Under the pieces are notes generated by a model. That model searched no databases. It was not told the origin of the DNA and was given only the letters and a program-made list of their open reading frames with translations. A DNA stretch of 64,000 nt from an uncultured Microbacteriaceae bacterium (GTDB lineage Bacteria > Actinomycetota > Actinomycetes > Actinomycetales > Microbacteriaceae). The position numbers were made by a program, and so were the translations under genes. Positions 17,577 to 28,354 of this stretch are shown one piece after another. Where the stretch lies: contig CAXTSE010000016.1 of assembly GCA_964246985.1 (NCBI GenBank), positions 602-64,601 on the forward strand. The letters run 5' to 3'. Each line of letters starts with the position of its first letter. Positions within the stretch are counted from its first letter, which is position 1.

Positions 17577-17992
17577 CCACCGTCGAAGAGACCCTCGTCC
17601 TCGTGAAGCCGGACGGCGTGGCCCGCAACCTGACCGGCGAGATCCTGCGCCGCATCGAGGCGAAGGGCTACCAGCTCGTCGACATCCGGATGCTGCAGGC
17701 CGACCGGTCTCTGCTCGCCGAGCACTATGCCGAGCACGAGGGCAAGCCGTTCTACGAGCCGCTCGTCGAGTTCATGAAGTCGGGTCCCGTGGTCGCGCTT
17801 CGCGTGACCGGCAATCGGGTGATCGAGGGCTTCCGGGCGCTGGCCGGCACCACCGATCCGACGACGGCGGCGCCCGGCACGATCCGCGGCGACCTCGGCC
17901 GCGACTGGGGCCTCAAGGTGCAGCAGAACCTGGTGCACGGGTCGGACTCGCCCGAGTCGGCCGCGCGCGAGCTCGCTCTCTGGTTCGCCTAG
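17573..17992 (+). CDS. ndk: nucleoside-diphosphate kinase
   Basis: ETLVLVKPDGV...GYQLVD...NLVHGSDS (active-site His). GTGA overlap with the upstream gene. Confidence 0.95.
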   Translation: MTTVEETLVLVKPDGVARNLTGEILRRIEAKGYQLVDIRMLQADRSLLAEHYAEHEGKPFYEPLVEFMKSGPVVALRVTGNRVIEGFRALAGTTDPTTAAPGTIRGDLGRDWGLKVQQNLVHGSDSPESAARELALWFA

Positions 17993-18006
17993 CCTCGACC
18001 CGCGCT

Positions 18007-18059
18007 GAAACGCCGAAATCGGCAGTCCCCGTGATGGAGACTGCCGATTTCGGCGTTTC
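18007..18059. terminator. bidirectional terminator, perfect 21-bp stem
   Basis: gaaacgccgaaatcggcagtc-(11 nt)-gactgccgatttcggcgtttc between convergent ndk and dsbA-like genes. Confidence 0.75.
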
Positions 18060-18069
18060 GCAAGCCTGA

Positions 18070-18999
18070 CTACGGGGTCGCGGCAGTCGGCGTCGGGGTC
18101 GGCGTTGCCGATCCGTCGGAGTCGGTGCCGGAGTCGCTCGCGCCGGCCGCGGCGGCCTGCTGCACGAACGAGCTGAACTCCTGCGCGTCGTCGAGCGCGC
18201 CCGTGTAGAAGGCGCCGTTCACGATGATGCGCGGGGTGCCGAAGCGACCCTGCTCGTCCTTCAGGTCCTCGTTGGAGCTCGCCCGCGCCGTCGCAGCGGT
18301 GACCCAGCCCTTGTAGGTCTCTCCGTTCACGCAGGAGTCGACCTTGTCGTCGGCCACCCCCGCCCCGCGGATGACGTCGATGATCTGGGCGTTGGTGAGG
18401 TTCGAGGTGCCCTCCTCGACGCCGTCCGCCGCGTAGAAGGCGGCGTTCACGTCGAGGAACCTGGTCGGGTCGTAGACGGCCACGCACGCGGCCGCGTTTG
18501 CAGCACGGGAGGAGTAGCGCGTGCCCGCCGACTGGTTGTCGAGGATGGCGATCGGATGGACCTCGACCGATGCGATGCCGCTCTCGACCCACTGGGTGAT
18601 CTGCTCGCCGTTCGTCGTCTCGAACTGGTTGCAGAAGGGGCAGAGGTAGTCGATGTAGAGCTCGATGTTGACGTCGCGGTCGAGCGAGGCGGTGTCGGTC
18701 GGCGTCGGCGTGCCGCCCTCGGGGATGCCGTCGGTCGACGCGACCTCGATGCCGTCGGCGCTTCCCGTGAGCACGATGCCGTCGCTCGCCATGTTGGCGG
18801 GTCCGGGACCGGCGGGGCGGGTCGAGGTGTAGATGACGACGGCGACGATGGCCAGGATCGCGACGATGGCGAACGTCGAGCCCCCGCGGATCAGGATGCG
18901 ATTGCGCGTCTCGCGCTTCTTCTGCTTCTCGCGCTCGATGCGCGCCGCCTCACGGGCGGCCTCGCGTCGCTGGTTCTTGGTGAGCTTCTCGTCTGGCAC
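18070..18999 (-). CDS. membrane-anchored DsbA-family thiol:disulfide oxidoreductase
   Basis: N-terminal K/R/E-rich segment, then TM FAIVAILAIVAVVIY. Thioredoxin-fold active site YIDYLCPFCNQF. GTG start. Confidence 0.85.
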   Translation of the reverse strand: MPDEKLTKNQRREAAREAARIEREKQKKRETRNRILIRGGSTFAIVAILAIVAVVIYTSTRPAGPGPANMASDGIVLTGSADGIEVASTDGIPEGGTPTPTDTASLDRDVNIELYIDYLCPFCNQFETTNGEQITQWVESGIASVEVHPIAILDNQSAGTRYSSRAANAAACVAVYDPTRFLDVNAAFYAADGVEEGTSNLTNAQIIDVIRGAGVADDKVDSCVNGETYKGWVTAATARASSNEDLKDEQGRFGTPRIIVNGAFYTGALDDAQEFSSFVQQAAAAGASDSGTDSDGSATPTPTPTAATP

Positions 19000-19009
19000 G
19001 GACGGAAGT

Positions 19010-19636
19010 CTAGGGGGCGATGTATGCGAGCACGTTGAGGTTCACCTGGGCGATCACCGCGACGATCCCGTAGCTCGCGACGACGATCGGGACCACCCAC
19101 GAGAGCGCCCCGGCGCCCGGTCCGCGCAGCCCGTCGCCGAATCGGCCGTCGCGCGCGTTGACGAGGGTGACCACCCAGAACATGGGGATCACGACGGTCC
19201 AGACGAGCATGCACCAGGGGCACAGCGTCCCCAGGACGAAGATGCTCTGCGAGATCAGCCAGATGACGAACGCCAGCGCGCCGACGACGCCGACGTTGAA
19301 CGCGATCCAGAACCACCGGGCGAAGCGCGCGCCGGCGAGCAGCCCCACGCCGACCGCGATCGGCGCGATGAACGCCGCCACCCCGATCAGCGGGTTCGGG
19401 AACCCGAACAGGGCGCCCTGGGGCGACGACAGGTTCTCGCCGCACTGCACCAGGATGCTGAAGTTGCAGTCGAGGTCGGCCTCGGGGTTCTCGAGCACGG
19501 CGAACTTGTCGAGGGTGAGTGAGAACGCCGCCCACCATCCGATCGCGCCCGTGATGATGAGGAAGATCGCATAGACCCAGGGGCGCTGGGCGGGCGCCTG
19601 GGGGTCGCGCACGGCGGTCGCGGATCGGTCGGTCAC
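19010..19636 (-). CDS. vitamin K epoxide reductase (VKOR) family protein
   Basis: Loop Cys pair DLDCNFSILVQCGE plus CPWC in TM4, 5 TM. GTG 19636 chosen inside ORF 19010..20047. Lies 10 nt upstream of the DsbA-like gene. Confidence 0.8.
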   Translation of the reverse strand: MTDRSATAVRDPQAPAQRPWVYAIFLIITGAIGWWAAFSLTLDKFAVLENPEADLDCNFSILVQCGENLSSPQGALFGFPNPLIGVAAFIAPIAVGVGLLAGARFARWFWIAFNVGVVGALAFVIWLISQSIFVLGTLCPWCMLVWTVVIPMFWVVTLVNARDGRFGDGLRGPGAGALSWVVPIVVASYGIVAVIAQVNLNVLAYIAP

Positions 19637-19640
19637 CTGC

Positions 19641-19698
19641 CGATTATCGCAATCGCGTCGGCGAGAACGCCCCCGCGCGCCCCGACGTGCGATAATCG
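19641..19698. promoter_or_regulatory. long inverted repeat in the vkor / rne divergent region
   Basis: cgattatcgca (19641-19651) and tgcgataatcg (19688-19698) are perfect complements. Inner arms cgtcgg / ccgacg extend the stem. Confidence 0.4.
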
Positions 19699-19968
19699 TC
19701 GCAGTCGATCGGGCCGCGCCCGCATCGGCGCCACATTGAAGGCTTACCGGGCATACCGGGCCACGAGTGCGATTCGCACCGTGACGGATGGCAAGTTCCG
19801 AAGCGCAGTGACAGAGCGCGAGCGACAACGCGGTACCCGACGACACAGGATGTCGCCCGGGCCGGGGTCGCAGCATCGAAAGGATTCGCGGAGGCAGCGC
19901 AAGCGCCGCCGCACGAGAGTACCCGGTGGGCGGCGCGGTCGCCCTGCCGGACGAGGAGTGCACCAGCG

Positions 19969-22545
19969 ATGGTGAATGACACGACGCCCGAAGACCTCCA
20001 GCCGGATGCCGACGAGGCTCCCACGCGCCCGCGACGTCGGCGCGCATCGGCCCCCAAGAGCGCGGCCGAGCACGCCTCGGTGAACGAGCAGGCAGACGAC
20101 GCGGCGGCCGAGCCGGCCGAGGCCTCCGCCGACACGTCTCCCGGTGCGCCCGACTCGCACGACAAGCCCAAGAAGGCCAAGGGCGACAAGAAGCGCAAGG
20201 ACGGCAAGAAGAAGCACGCCGAGCCCGCGGACGAGCCGGACGACGAGGCCGCCCCCGCCGCCCCGGCGGCCACTGGCCCCACCACGATGCTCCTCTTCCA
20301 GGCGCCCCCTCTGCCCACTCCCGTCATCGGCGGAGACGGCCAGGTCGCACCCACGTCGTCGGGCTCCACCCGACGCGGCAGCGGCACCCCGCGCGGCGGC
20401 GGCGCGCCCTCCGGCACCGCCGACCTCGACGCGAACGGCCCCGACGACGGCGGCGCCGGCGATGCCGACGAGGGCACCGGCTCGAGCCGCCGGCGCACCC
20501 GTCGCCGCAGCGGCGACGCCCCCCGCGAGGGCGAGGACGCGCCGGGCACGACGGTGCGCGTCCGCCAGCCCCGGCAGGCGCCCGCCCCGATCACCGAGCC
20601 GCAGCGGGTCAAGGGCTCGACGCGGCTGGAGGCCAAGAAGCAGCGACGCCGCGACGGCCGCGATGCCGGTCGTCGCCGTCCGGTCATCACCGAGGCCGAG
20701 TTCCTCGCCCGCCGCGAGAGCGTCGACCGCAACATGGTGGTCCGCTCGAAGTACGGACGCATCCAGATCGGCGTGCTCGAGGACGGCGTGCTCGTGGAGC
20801 ACTACGTTGCCCGCGCCGCCGACGCGAGCCTCATCGGCAACGTGTACCTCGGTCGCGTGCAGAACGTGCTGCCGAGCATGGAGGCCGCCTTCGTCGACAT
20901 CGGCCGCGGTCGCAACGCCGTGCTCTACTCGGGCGAGGTCGACTGGGAGGCCGCGCAGGCGCAGGCCGACACCGACGGCCGCGGCCAGCAGGCCCGCCGC
21001 ATCGAGCTCGCCCTGAAGCCGGGCGACAAGGTGCTCGTGCAGGTCACCAAGGACCCGGTCGGGCACAAGGGCGCCCGCCTGACCAGCCAGATCAGCCTGC
21101 CGGGCCGCTATCTCGTCTACGTGCCGAACGGCTCGATGAACGGCATCAGCCGCAAGCTGCCCGACACCGAGCGCGCCCGCCTCAAGAAGATCCTCAAGGA
21201 GGTGCTTCCCGACGACGCCGGCGTGATCGTGCGCACCGCCGCCGAGGGCGCCACCGAGGAGCAGCTCACCCTCGACGTCAGCCGTCTCACCAACCAGTGG
21301 GCCTCGATCAGCGCCGCGCTGCAGAACGTGCAGGCTCCCGCTCTGCTGCACAGCGAGCCCGACCTGCTCATCAAGATCGTGCGCGATGTCTTCAACGAGG
21401 ACTTCCAGAAGCTCGTGGTCGAGGGTGAGGATGCGCTCGAGACGATCTCGTCGTACGTCACCGCCGTCGCACCCGACCTGGCCGACCGGCTCGAGCGCTA
21501 CGAGAGCGACGTCGACTCGTTCGACGAGTACCGCGTCTCGGAGCAGATCGAGAAGGCGCTCGACCGCAAGGTCTGGCTGCCGTCGGGCGGATCGCTCGTC
21601 ATCGACCGCACCGAGGCCATGACGGTGGTCGACGTCAACACGGGCAAGTTCGTCGGATCCGGCGGCAACCTCGAGGAGACGGTCACCAAGAACAACCTCG
21701 AGGCCGCAGAGGAGATCGTGCGCCAGCTGCGGCTGCGCGACATCGGCGGCATCATCGTCGTCGACTTCATCGACATGGTGCTCGAGACCAACCGCGACCT
21801 CGTCCTCCGGCGCCTCGTCGAGTGCCTCAGCCGCGACCGCACCAAGCACCAGGTGGCCGAGGTCACCTCGCTCGGACTCGTGCAGATGACCCGCAAGAAG
21901 CTGGGACTCGGCCTCGTCGAGTCGTTCAGCGAGAACTGCGAGGTCTGCGCGGGGCGCGGCATCATCATCCACCACGAGCCGGTGTTCAAGCACCGTCCTC
22001 AGCAGTCCGAGCAGCCGAGCCAGAACCAGAGCGGCGGATCGTCGCGCAGCCGTCGCGGACGCGGCGGCAACGGCGGCGGGTCGGCCCCCATCTCCGGACC
22101 GAAGAACGGCCACGGACCGTCCGGCACCCACGCGATCACCGACGACGTGCGGAACGCCCTCGCCCAGATCGCCAAGAGCACGGTTCCGCATCACGACGAC
22201 GCCGGTGCGCAGGCGCCCGAGGCGCCGGTCTCGGTCTCGGCGGACTCGATCGTCTCGACCGACGTGATCGTTGCGGCCCCCGAGGTCGTCGATGCTCCCA
22301 GCAAGGTGGAGGAGGCAGCGGAAGCAGCTGCCGAGGCCGCCGTCGAGATCCTCGACATCCCGCTCGGGTCGACGGGGTCGTCGCGGTCCGCACGCCGCAT
22401 CAGCACCCAGGACGCGGAGCAGATCCTCGGATCCGTTCTCGAGGCCCTGCCGGAGCCCACCAAGCCCGGCCAGAGCCGCGGCCGACGCTCGCGTCGTGCC
22501 TCGTCGTCGGGCGTCGTCGTCACCCCCGCAGAGGGCGTCGAGTGA
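19969..22545 (+). CDS. rne: ribonuclease E/G
   Basis: S1 domain IGNVYLGRVQNVLPSMEAAFVDIGRGRNAVLY; catalytic VVDVNTGKFVG; Arg/Asp/Pro-rich disordered N- and C-terminal arms. GAGGAG 10 nt upstream of ATG 19969. Confidence 0.9.
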   Translation: MVNDTTPEDLQPDADEAPTRPRRRRASAPKSAAEHASVNEQADDAAAEPAEASADTSPGAPDSHDKPKKAKGDKKRKDGKKKHAEPADEPDDEAAPAAPAATGPTTMLLFQAPPLPTPVIGGDGQVAPTSSGSTRRGSGTPRGGGAPSGTADLDANGPDDGGAGDADEGTGSSRRRTRRRSGDAPREGEDAPGTTVRVRQPRQAPAPITEPQRVKGSTRLEAKKQRRRDGRDAGRRRPVITEAEFLARRESVDRNMVVRSKYGRIQIGVLEDGVLVEHYVARAADASLIGNVYLGRVQNVLPSMEAAFVDIGRGRNAVLYSGEVDWEAAQAQADTDGRGQQARRIELALKPGDKVLVQVTKDPVGHKGARLTSQISLPGRYLVYVPNGSMNGISRKLPDTERARLKKILKEVLPDDAGVIVRTAAEGATEEQLTLDVSRLTNQWASISAALQNVQAPALLHSEPDLLIKIVRDVFNEDFQKLVVEGEDALETISSYVTAVAPDLADRLERYESDVDSFDEYRVSEQIEKALDRKVWLPSGGSLVIDRTEAMTVVDVNTGKFVGSGGNLEETVTKNNLEAAEEIVRQLRLRDIGGIIVVDFIDMVLETNRDLVLRRLVECLSRDRTKHQVAEVTSLGLVQMTRKKLGLGLVESFSENCEVCAGRGIIIHHEPVFKHRPQQSEQPSQNQSGGSSRSRRGRGGNGGGSAPISGPKNGHGPSGTHAITDDVRNALAQIAKSTVPHHDDAGAQAPEAPVSVSADSIVSTDVIVAAPEVVDAPSKVEEAAEAAAEAAVEILDIPLGSTGSSRSARRISTQDAEQILGSVLEALPEPTKPGQSRGRRSRRASSSGVVVTPAEGVE

Positions 22546-22604
22546 TCACGGTGGTCGAGTAGCGCCGACGCCGCGTGTCGAGACCCCGCGCGAGCGGGTG
22601 GACG

Positions 22605-22871
22605 TCAGCGCTTGTCGCGCTGCTTGACCCGCAGCCCGGCCACCTGCAGCCGTCGCAGCAGCTCGCGTCCGGTGACGGGCGTCGCTCCGAGGGCGACGAG
22701 CTCGTCCCATCGGCGCTCGGGCACGTCGTAGTGGTCGTTGTCGAAGCCGCGCTCGGGGATGCCAGCCGACGCGGCGAAGGCATGCAGCTCATCCAGGCTC
22801 TCGTCGCTCACGAGGTGGGCCCAGACCGTGCCGTGCGCGGGCCAGATGGGCTCGTCGATCAGCACCGTCAT
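22605..22871 (-). CDS. DUF4031 domain protein (88 aa)
   Basis: MTVLIDEPIWPAHGTVWAHLVSDESLDELHAFAASAGIPERGFDNDHYDVP matches the DUF4031 pattern as I recall it. Internal ATG of ORF 22605..23573. Confidence 0.65.
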   Translation of the reverse strand: MTVLIDEPIWPAHGTVWAHLVSDESLDELHAFAASAGIPERGFDNDHYDVPERRWDELVALGATPVTGRELLRRLQVAGLRVKQRDKR

Positions 22872-22907
22872 GGGAGCCGACTCTAGCCCCGCACTAGGCT
22901 CGGGGGA

Positions 22908-23465
22908 GTGGCTACCGACCCGGTCGTTTCGCGCCGACCTCCGCTCCGTCCCGTCGCGCTGGCGGCGCTCGCGATCTTCGCCTTCGGCGTCGTACGCGGC
23001 ATCATCTCGACGCTGTTCAGCGGCGCCACGAGCGCGATCTACGGCAACTCGGGGTTCCAGACCGAGTTCCTCGTTCCGGGTCTGATCGGCGAAGTCAGCA
23101 CCTGGGCCGTGTCGAGCGCCGGGGTCGGGCTCTCGCTCTGGCTGATCGCGCCGGTGCGCAGGGACCACCTGCTGCTCGATGTCGCCCTGCGGGCGGCCCT
23201 CGCCGCTCTCGCTGCCGGCGTGCTGCTCTGGCTGGTGAGCCTGCCGACCATCCTCGGACGCGTGCGCGGCACACTGCTCACGACAGGGCTCGAGGACCTC
23301 GTCGGCGGACCTCCGTCGGCGGCGGGGGAGCTGGCGGCGGCTGCCCTGGGTATCGTCCCGCAGGCGCTCGCGATCTACCCGCTCGCCCTGATCGCCGCGT
23401 ACGCGCTTCGCCAGTGGATGCGTCGCGGACGCCAGTCGACGGAGGTCGCCGATGCCGCGTCGTGA
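22908..23465 (+). CDS. hypothetical polytopic membrane protein (paralog 1)
   Basis: 4-5 TM, GTG start, high GC3. Shares W-x-IAP...R..LAA layout with the next gene. Confidence 0.6.
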   Translation: MATDPVVSRRPPLRPVALAALAIFAFGVVRGIISTLFSGATSAIYGNSGFQTEFLVPGLIGEVSTWAVSSAGVGLSLWLIAPVRRDHLLLDVALRAALAALAAGVLLWLVSLPTILGRVRGTLLTTGLEDLVGGPPSAAGELAAAALGIVPQALAIYPLALIAAYALRQWMRRGRQSTEVADAAS

Positions 23466-24027
23466 TCTCGGCGACGTCGCCGTGACGGCACTGACGCGTC
23501 CGGGGGTGGGCTCGGCGCTGCTCGCGGGGCTCGGGGTGTACCTCGTGTTCGTGCTGCCGTCGCTCGCCAGCACCCTGGTCTACGTGCTGCTGGATCGCGG
23601 ATACGGCCAGGACCCCGCCGCCTACCTGTCGTACATCCTGCCCGCGACCCTCCCCTCGATCCTCCTGCCGCCGATTCCGCTGTCGGTCGGCGTCGTCCTC
23701 GCCTTCTGGCAGATCGCGCCGATCGCACCCGAGCTCCGGATGGCGCACGTCGTGACCCGCTCGCTGCTCGCCGCCGTCGTGGGCTCGATCCTCAGCGGCA
23801 TCCTCGCGTTCTTCCTCACGCTGACACCGCGGCTCACCGGACCGGAGGCATCCCAGTACACGCCACTCCGCGCGGTCGCAGAGTCGGCTCGTCTCGCGGC
23901 GCCGGGAGCGTTCGACCTGCTCTTCGATGCCCTGATCGCCGTGCCGCTGGCCGCTCTGCTCCTCTGGGGATGGCTGCAGTCGCATCCCCCGAAGGCCACG
24001 GCGCGCGGGGCTCTCGACGAGGTTTGA
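23452..24027 (+). CDS. hypothetical polytopic membrane protein (paralog 2)
   Basis: Overlaps the upstream gene by 14 nt. 4-5 TM. FWQIAPIAPELRMAHVVTRSLLAAVVG parallels LWLIAPVRRDHLLLDVALRAALAALAAG. Confidence 0.6.
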   Translation: MPRRDLGDVAVTALTRPGVGSALLAGLGVYLVFVLPSLASTLVYVLLDRGYGQDPAAYLSYILPATLPSILLPPIPLSVGVVLAFWQIAPIAPELRMAHVVTRSLLAAVVGSILSGILAFFLTLTPRLTGPEASQYTPLRAVAESARLAAPGAFDLLFDALIAVPLAALLLWGWLQSHPPKATARGALDEV

Positions 24028-24122
24028 CCCACCGCCCGTTTTGCCGCTATTCTTGACCCTTGGTGCGCGCGTGGCTCTGCCCGCATGTCTAGCGCCAACA
24101 TCTTTCAGACAAAAGGATTCTC

Positions 24123-24431
24123 GTGGTTTACGCAATTGTGCGCGCCGGTGGCCGGCAGGAAAAGGTCGAGGTCGGCACCATCGTCGTCCTCGACCGCATC
24201 AAGGCCGACAAGAACGGCAACATCGAGCTCGCTCCCGTGCTTCACGTGGACGGTGACACCATCACGCACGACGCTCAGGCGCTCGCCAAGATCACCGTCA
24301 CCGCCGAGGTCATCACCGACCTGCGCGGCCCGAAGATCGTCATCCAGAAGTTCAAGAACAAGACCGGGTACAAGAAGCGTCAGGGCCACCGCTCGGAGCT
24401 CACCCGCGTCAAGATCACCGGCATCAAGTAG
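24123..24431 (+). CDS. rplU: 50S ribosomal protein L21
   Basis: [18 protein letters not shown]...[15 protein letters not shown]. Confidence 0.97.
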   Translation: MVYAIVRAGGRQEKVEVGTIVVLDRIKADKNGNIELAPVLHVDGDTITHDAQALAKITVTAEVITDLRGPKIVIQKFKNKTGYKKRQGHRSELTRVKITGIK

Positions 24432-24444
24432 CGAGGCGACAGCA

Positions 24445-24693
24445 ATGGCACACAAAAAGGGCGCATCGTCCACCCGTAACGGCCGCGACTCCAACGCCCA
24501 GTACCTCGGCGTGAAGCGCTTCGGCGGCCAGGTCGTCAAGGCCGGCGAGATCATCGTCCGCCAGCGCGGCACCCACTTCCACCCCGGCGTCAACGTCGGC
24601 CGTGGTAAGGACGACACCCTCTTCGCCCTCGCCGCCGGTGCGGTCGAGTTCGGTGCCAAGGGCCGTCGCCGCGTCGTCAACATCGTCGCCTAG
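24445..24693 (+). CDS. rpmA: 50S ribosomal protein L27
   Basis: [29 protein letters not shown]. Confidence 0.97.
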   Translation: MAHKKGASSTRNGRDSNAQYLGVKRFGGQVVKAGEIIVRQRGTHFHPGVNVGRGKDDTLFALAAGAVEFGAKGRRRVVNIVA

Positions 24694-24721
24694 ATCTCGA
24701 CAGGCTCGATCAACGTCTTAG

Positions 24722-27133
<2,412 letters not shown>

Positions 27134-27144
<11 letters not shown>

Positions 27145-28315
27145 TCGTGCGGTCCCGCGGGATCACCGGCACCGCCACCAGCGGCACGATCGCGAGGATC
27201 GCGAACGCGACCGAGTACCCCACGAGCCCGATCAGCCCGCCCATGAGCGGAGCGACCGCCGCGGCGGCCGCGAACTGGCCGGTGTTCTGGGTGCCGAGCG
27301 CACGCCCCGACCAGTGCGGCCCGGCGATCTCCGCGACCGCGGTGAAGGCAAGGCCGTTGTCGGCGACGCTCACGCAGCTCGCCGCGATGTAGAGCACGGC
27401 GACGAGCGGGGCGACGTGGAGCGCGCCCGCGCCCGCCGTCAGCAGCAGCAGCGGCACGCCGGCGAGCGCCACCCAGCGCAGCGGCCGCAGGCGGCTGCCG
27501 ACCCGGTCGCTGAGCGCCCCGACGCCGATCCGTCCGAACGCGCCGAGGAACTGCGCCGACGCGACGAGCACCCCCGCCGCCACAGGGTCCCAGCGCTGGT
27601 CGGCGATCAGCCACACCAGGCCGAACGTCGACAGCACGTACTGCGGCACGACCAGCAGCGCCGACACACCGTGGATGCGCGCGAGCGTGCGATCGCCCCG
27701 GTACGGATTCGCGGGTCGGCCCTCGGCGTCGACCGAGCGCGGCTCGCGGTGCGGGTCGACGATGAGTGCGAAGCAGATGAGCCCCATCAGCAGCACGAAG
27801 GCTCCGCCGAGCCAGAGCGCGGGATCGAGCGACCCTCCTGCGACGAGCACCGGCACCGTCAACGCCCCGATGCCGACGCCGAGCGGCTGCGACATCTGGC
27901 GGATCCCCATCGCGAGCCCCCGCCGCGACGCCGGGAACCAGCCGATCACCACGCGACCGCTCGCCGAGCTCGCCGACGCGGCGCACATCCCGACGACGAC
28001 GAAGGCGATACCGAGCGACACGTAGTCGCGGGCGAGCAGCGCGCCGACCATCGCGACGGCCGTCGCCAGCAGTCCGAGGGTGAGGATTCGGCGCTCGCCC
28101 CAGCGATCGGTCGCCGCGCCCCACAGCACGAGGGTCAGCAGGACGCCCACGTTGGGGGCGGCGGCGATCAGCCCGGCCTCCGCGAGCGAGAGACCCCGCT
28201 CGGTGTGCAGGAGGGGGATGAGGAACGCGGGCGTCGCGGTGACGAGCGAGGTCGCCGCCTGCGCGGCGACCGCGACGCCGAGCATGAGCCAGGGTCGGGG
28301 GGTGCGCAGGGACAT
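27134..28315 (-). CDS. MFS transporter
   Basis: 12 TM, DRWGERR-type loop 2-3 motif (ATDRWGERRIL). 3' end overlaps the proB 3' end by 11 nt (convergent). Confidence 0.85.
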
Positions 28316-28354
28316 CCCTCCTATTGTCGCCCGCGCGCGTCGTAAACTCTGGCC

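Noticed and set aside
19744-22194. 816-aa ORF antisense to rne
   Set aside because: The product is a low-complexity Arg/Gly/Leu/Val sequence, while the sense strand encodes the S1 and catalytic domains of RNase E. This is a shadow ORF.
24028-24122. Ribosomal-protein L21 leader RNA upstream of rplU
   Set aside because: The L21 leader I know of is a Firmicutes element. The 95-nt spacer here shows a TTGACC -35-like hexamer but no convincing conserved structure.
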